Source of the DNA: a virus
Taxonomy: Duplodnaviria > Caudoviricetes
Length of the DNA stretch: 57,413 bases
IMG/VR virus record: IMGVR_UViG_3300032116_000239
Location: 1 to 57,413 of that record
Strand: one strand, 5' to 3'
Position 1 is the stretch's first letter. Each line of letters begins with the position of its first letter. A model generated the notes under the pieces. The model did no database searches, had not been told where the DNA came from, and saw nothing but the letters and a program-made list of their open reading frames with translations. The position numbers and the translations under genes were made by a program. Of the stretch, positions 54,501 to 57,413 are shown piece after piece.

Positions 54501-57324
54501 GATCACCCGCCGCGGCGCTCAGATTGAGCTGTTGGCGCGCCAACAGACCGAGCGGGCAGCTGCCCCTGCCCAGCCGCCGGCTGACGATGTCAGCGCGCGT
54601 CTGCAGGCCGCTGCGGCTCAAGCCACCAAGCCCCTAGACCAGCCTGCGCCGGGGCGCATCATCACCTCTGGGGTGAAGATGTCCACCGCCCGGGCGGCGG
54701 TGCCGGGCAGCACGCTGACGGTCAACGACCAGGGCACCGACCACCAGCTTCGCGTAGTGGACAGCTCCACGCTCGGCGAGCCGGGAAAGATGATCCAGCA
54801 GGTGGCTCGGATCTTCGGCAAGAAGGTGGTCGTGTTCGAGTCCGACACCGCGCAGGTGGACGGCTTCGTGCGCGACGACGACGACTCCACGATCTACCTC
54901 AGCTCAAAGTCCAGCGTCTCGCCGCTGGCCGTGTTCGGCCACGAGCTCACGCACCTGATCAAGCGCGACAGCCCCGAGGCCTACAGCGCGCTGGAGGCGG
55001 TGGTCAAGGCCAACCTGAAGCCCGAGGGCATGGCCGGGTTCGAGCAGGACTACGGCCAGGGCGCGAACCTGGAGGAGCTCTCCAGCGATCTGGTGGGCAA
55101 CCGGTTCCAGGAGGCCGACTTCTGGAACGGCGTGTTCGAGGACATTGCTGCCAAGAACCCCGAGCAGTCGCGCGGCATCATCACCCGGCTGGCCGCGTCG
55201 GTGAACAAGGCGGTCAACGCCTTCATGCGCGTGGTGCGCGGCCAGACGTTCAACGCTGACCAGTACGTCAAGGATCTGACCGCGGTGAAGGCCGCGGTGC
55301 GCACCGCAGTAAGCCAGTACGCGCAGCAGCGCCGCGAGCCGGCCATGCGCCTGGACGCCGAGCTCATGCGTCAGGAGAGCCAGGTCGACTTGACCGCGGG
55401 CTCTCGCATGCCCGCGAGCGCAAGTGTGGCTGGCGAAACGGCAGAGCCGATGGGCATCACGGCAAGCGCGACTCGCGCAGCGCCGCAGCCGCAGACCTCC
55501 GAGGCCCTGCCCGTGCCGGCCAGCGAGTGGAAGGCATCGACCTCCGACAAGCAGCAGGCCAAGACCTACGCCGAGAACAACGGCATCGACCCGTACCTGT
55601 CCGAGGGCCAGCTGCAGCCCCCGGTGGTCTCGGCGAAGTTCTCCGTCAAGCGGCCCTACGGCGACAAGGACCTGGCCAAGGGGCGCGAGAACCACCCGGT
55701 GCTGGGCCTGCCGCTCAACGCCAACGGCACGGTCACGCTGTACTTCCCCGCCACCAACGAGGAGGCTCGCCGCGTCGCCAAGGACAAGCGGCTGCGCGGG
55801 GCCACCCCCGAGAGCAACCGGATCTACCTCACCAACGAGTCGAGCGGGCCGAAGGTTGCGGACAACCCGGGCAACATTGAGCAGCCGGTGGACGGCGCCA
55901 ACGTCCTGGTGCAGGTGGACCCCGAGCTGCTGCACTTGGACCAGGAGCACTCCGACGGGCGCAAGGACTTCTTCATCCAGCTCGCCGAAGGCGAGGCGTT
56001 TGCGCGCAAGATGGCGCAGACCAAGCTCTTCACGCTGGACGCTCCGCGCGACGCGCCGCTGTCCAAGAGCACCTCGATCTCCGACATCACCGAGGGCGTC
56101 ACCAAGGCGATCAACAACTACCGCAGCCTGGCGTTGCGGGAGCGACGCGAGGCGCTGCGCAACGCACGCGAGGTCCTCAAGCGCGAGCACAACGTCGGCA
56201 CGCTGCTGGGCGAGAACGGCAAGCTGGAGAAGACCCGCATCGGTGACTACGGCCTGGACTACGACGGCAAGAGCGTTGCGTCGCTGGGCCTGGGCCTAGC
56301 CAGCGCGCAGAAGATCAACGAGAAGCTCTCCACCTGCCCGCAGGCCGCGCGCTGCGAGGGGCTGTGCCTGGGTGAGACCAGCGGCCAGAACCTGCTCTAC
56401 GGCGGTGACGGTCAGTTTCGCAGCGGCCCTCGGCTGAGCCAGTACCTCAAGACCGAGGCGCTGGTGCAGCACCCCGAGGAGTTCGCGGTGGTGCTGTTCA
56501 ACGAGATCGAGCGCTTCTCGCGCAACATGGGCAAGGAAGACATCCAGCCCGCGATCCGGCTGAACGTCACGAGTGACTTCCCGCCCAAGGTGTTCGAGTC
56601 GATCATCCGCGCCTTCCCCGGCACGATGTTCTATGACTACACCAAGCTGGACTCGCGCCCGATCGCCGACAACCACCACCTGACCTACAGCTCCACCGGC
56701 GTGGCCCAGGAGGTCGGCGGCAAGGTGATCGGCGTGCCCGATCGCGCTGCCGGCAACCCCGGGGCCAACTGGACGCAGATGGTCAAGAAGCTCAACCAGG
56801 GCTTCAACGTGGCGATGGCGTTTACCAGCCGCACCTCAATGCCAGAGTTCCTCAAGGACGAGGCCACGGGGCAGTTGTTCCGCGTGTGGAACGGCGACAA
56901 CTACGACGCCCGGTTCCTTGATCCGAAGCAGGACGACGGCATCGGCATGATCGTCGGCCTGACCAACAAGGACCGCACCGGCAAGCCCGAGGACGCGGCG
57001 CTCAAGTACGACGGGTTCTTCGTCGACTACGACCCTGAGCGTGACGGACCGACGCTGCTGATCCGCGATCAGAACGCGCTGGCGGAGAAGGCGCGCGGGC
57101 CTGAGCGCAAGACGATCCCGCTGGTGCAGGCATCGCGCTCAAGAGAACGCGCCGCAACCGACATTCCGCTGGCAGAATTGCGCGGCCGCAAGGTCGCCAT
57201 GCAGGTTCGCGTCGAGTCCACCGGCGAGACCGGCACGCTGACCATGGACGCCGGCGATTCGCTCACTGACATCAACGAGCGAGAAGCCGCCATGCAACGC
57301 CTGCTGGAGTGCGTGCGCAAATGA
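51583..57324 (+). CDS. Large polyvalent ejection protein with zincin metallopeptidase and GP88-like domain
   Basis: 1913 aa. Gly-zipper TM region; GHELTH...EE zincin motif; TCPQAARCEGLCL, IRLNVTSD, FYDYTK, HLTYS, GD..DARFLD. Confidence 0.75.
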   Translation: MANPWERAWAVEDEEAKPWTRSWEVDAPDRKPAGFFSELGSAVSEGAQKTYRSARAALSTYLGAGEDVVEQSARTQEIERDSRATGLTQLKRDVQARKVADDDSLWSGIKNVAGAIIDNPRGGAQLVAEQAPNAAVALGTGFAGAKGGALIGSAFGPVGTAVGGTVGFITGLFGANTLLETGGKAIEAGQDKQFTPAERERVMREGAVKGAVITGVDAVTLGASKYVLGAANRAVEQATVRTLSDAGIDAQKAAQAIQQAQRDALQAGRGLSREALQESVEKATVEAMARQGLLKPDLVSAVQSAQKAAFDTSTTLAKRTGRGATALGLESFGEGLGEYTGELAATGEASFTDAALESVAGLATSLPELYVAKRLDQPGILTQEMSRSRPLDQASPPAPPSALQDLGTANTELSSAVDSYLRDLGQARTADEAINAAVSAASVPVAPTLPPLPTMDERLAAAESPGLLGRQLDIQRQLDQAAGLDVAPTAERPALPTLPPLPQPAAQRNMELMGQAAQAGTEFERQQALEQAKVSLPTPAPGPAARYADLTPMDARQAQQRLTVLQEQTGTPLSLEIVPHPAQKERFAIGRRELPVSAADLEMPDLRAPVAPAQAQVQIESAALAGKEVQRRAEDAPRQQMISRAMANIEARGGVASPYEAELLRSANLGQPYNSIDPNLGRPASQDQLLTAATGIPVGSEAGLGYGARTDNALTDIAQQTAQQRGELVQRNPQAAGQNIFSRVSDQDVQQRIPLERNRTPDDVSTGFAYTPELQGRKRAEPAEQAAPQADIVGTFVQQMRETNTPAARAFVQDYEAGRISPAEVQSALDIQRGLPPSSQERIEGAAAAAPAPATPTGVQVETPSARVENPALREAVELYGNRPLTQQDLTVEGATARIARAGQQAPAPQVTASGIEIAQSEDLTPRGAFRGRNEAIRAGNNLPRPTMVGGRRAASLTDADLQQTANDMGLPAITRRGAQIELLARQQTERAAAPAQPPADDVSARLQAAAAQATKPLDQPAPGRIITSGVKMSTARAAVPGSTLTVNDQGTDHQLRVVDSSTLGEPGKMIQQVARIFGKKVVVFESDTAQVDGFVRDDDDSTIYLSSKSSVSPLAVFGHELTHLIKRDSPEAYSALEAVVKANLKPEGMAGFEQDYGQGANLEELSSDLVGNRFQEADFWNGVFEDIAAKNPEQSRGIITRLAASVNKAVNAFMRVVRGQTFNADQYVKDLTAVKAAVRTAVSQYAQQRREPAMRLDAELMRQESQVDLTAGSRMPASASVAGETAEPMGITASATRAAPQPQTSEALPVPASEWKASTSDKQQAKTYAENNGIDPYLSEGQLQPPVVSAKFSVKRPYGDKDLAKGRENHPVLGLPLNANGTVTLYFPATNEEARRVAKDKRLRGATPESNRIYLTNESSGPKVADNPGNIEQPVDGANVLVQVDPELLHLDQEHSDGRKDFFIQLAEGEAFARKMAQTKLFTLDAPRDAPLSKSTSISDITEGVTKAINNYRSLALRERREALRNAREVLKREHNVGTLLGENGKLEKTRIGDYGLDYDGKSVASLGLGLASAQKINEKLSTCPQAARCEGLCLGETSGQNLLYGGDGQFRSGPRLSQYLKTEALVQHPEEFAVVLFNEIERFSRNMGKEDIQPAIRLNVTSDFPPKVFESIIRAFPGTMFYDYTKLDSRPIADNHHLTYSSTGVAQEVGGKVIGVPDRAAGNPGANWTQMVKKLNQGFNVAMAFTSRTSMPEFLKDEATGQLFRVWNGDNYDARFLDPKQDDGIGMIVGLTNKDRTGKPEDAALKYDGFFVDYDPERDGPTLLIRDQNALAEKARGPERKTIPLVQASRSRERAATDIPLAELRGRKVAMQVRVESTGETGTLTMDAGDSLTDINEREAAMQRLLECVRK

Positions 57325-57413
57325 AGACCGTCAAGGACCTCACCGAGCTCAAGCAACTGGCGCTCAGCCGAGGCGCCGCAGTCGAGCTCGGCGCGACGCG
57401 GTTCAACTCCTCG
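57321..57413 (+). CDS. Hypothetical protein, truncated by the window end
   Basis: ATGA overlap and GGAG RBS; MKTVKDLTELKQLALSRGA... remains open to the end. Confidence 0.6.
   Translation, partial: MKTVKDLTELKQLALSRGAAVELGATRFNSS

Larger units (their letters stand above)
1..57413. mobile_element. Temperate dsDNA bacteriophage genome (podovirus-like), near-complete, excised/circularly permuted
   Basis: Terminase, portal, capsid, integrase, cI/cro, replication and lysis genes are all present. No host housekeeping genes seen. Virion genes lie at both ends. Confidence 0.95.

Overview
The whole window is a GC-rich temperate dsDNA phage genome with podovirus-like architecture (no contractile or long-tail genes seen). 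It appears near-complete and circularly permuted, in the excised form: a candidate attP matching a tRNA-Leu 3' end sits intact between a virion gene and the integrase. Gene order: large polyvalent ejection protein; attP and tyrosine integrase; leftward early/replication operon (HNH, MazG-like, Xis-like, DUF3310, a QueF-like + VUT transporter + TGT-like cassette, family A DNA polymerase, SSB, Cas4-like nuclease); cI/cro switch; primase-helicase, putative origin, VRR-NUC, SNF2 helicase, Q-like protein; a leftward block of small early genes; a non-coding control region; terS/terL/portal; a fibre gene split by an HNH gene; scaffold and N4-gp56-type capsid; adaptor, nozzle and fibres; holin and endolysin; ejection proteins. 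The most interesting items are (1) a three-gene salvage-type 7-deazaguanine modification cassette with no biosynthesis genes, (2) a fibre gene cut in two at a conserved motif by an intron-less HNH gene, (3) a Gln-rich 11-residue-periodic protein that may form a DNA-conducting tube, and (4) injected effector domains (ART, zincin, GP88-like), with ART and GP88-like bracketed by a shared linker motif. All family assignments come from reading motifs by eye; no searches were run.
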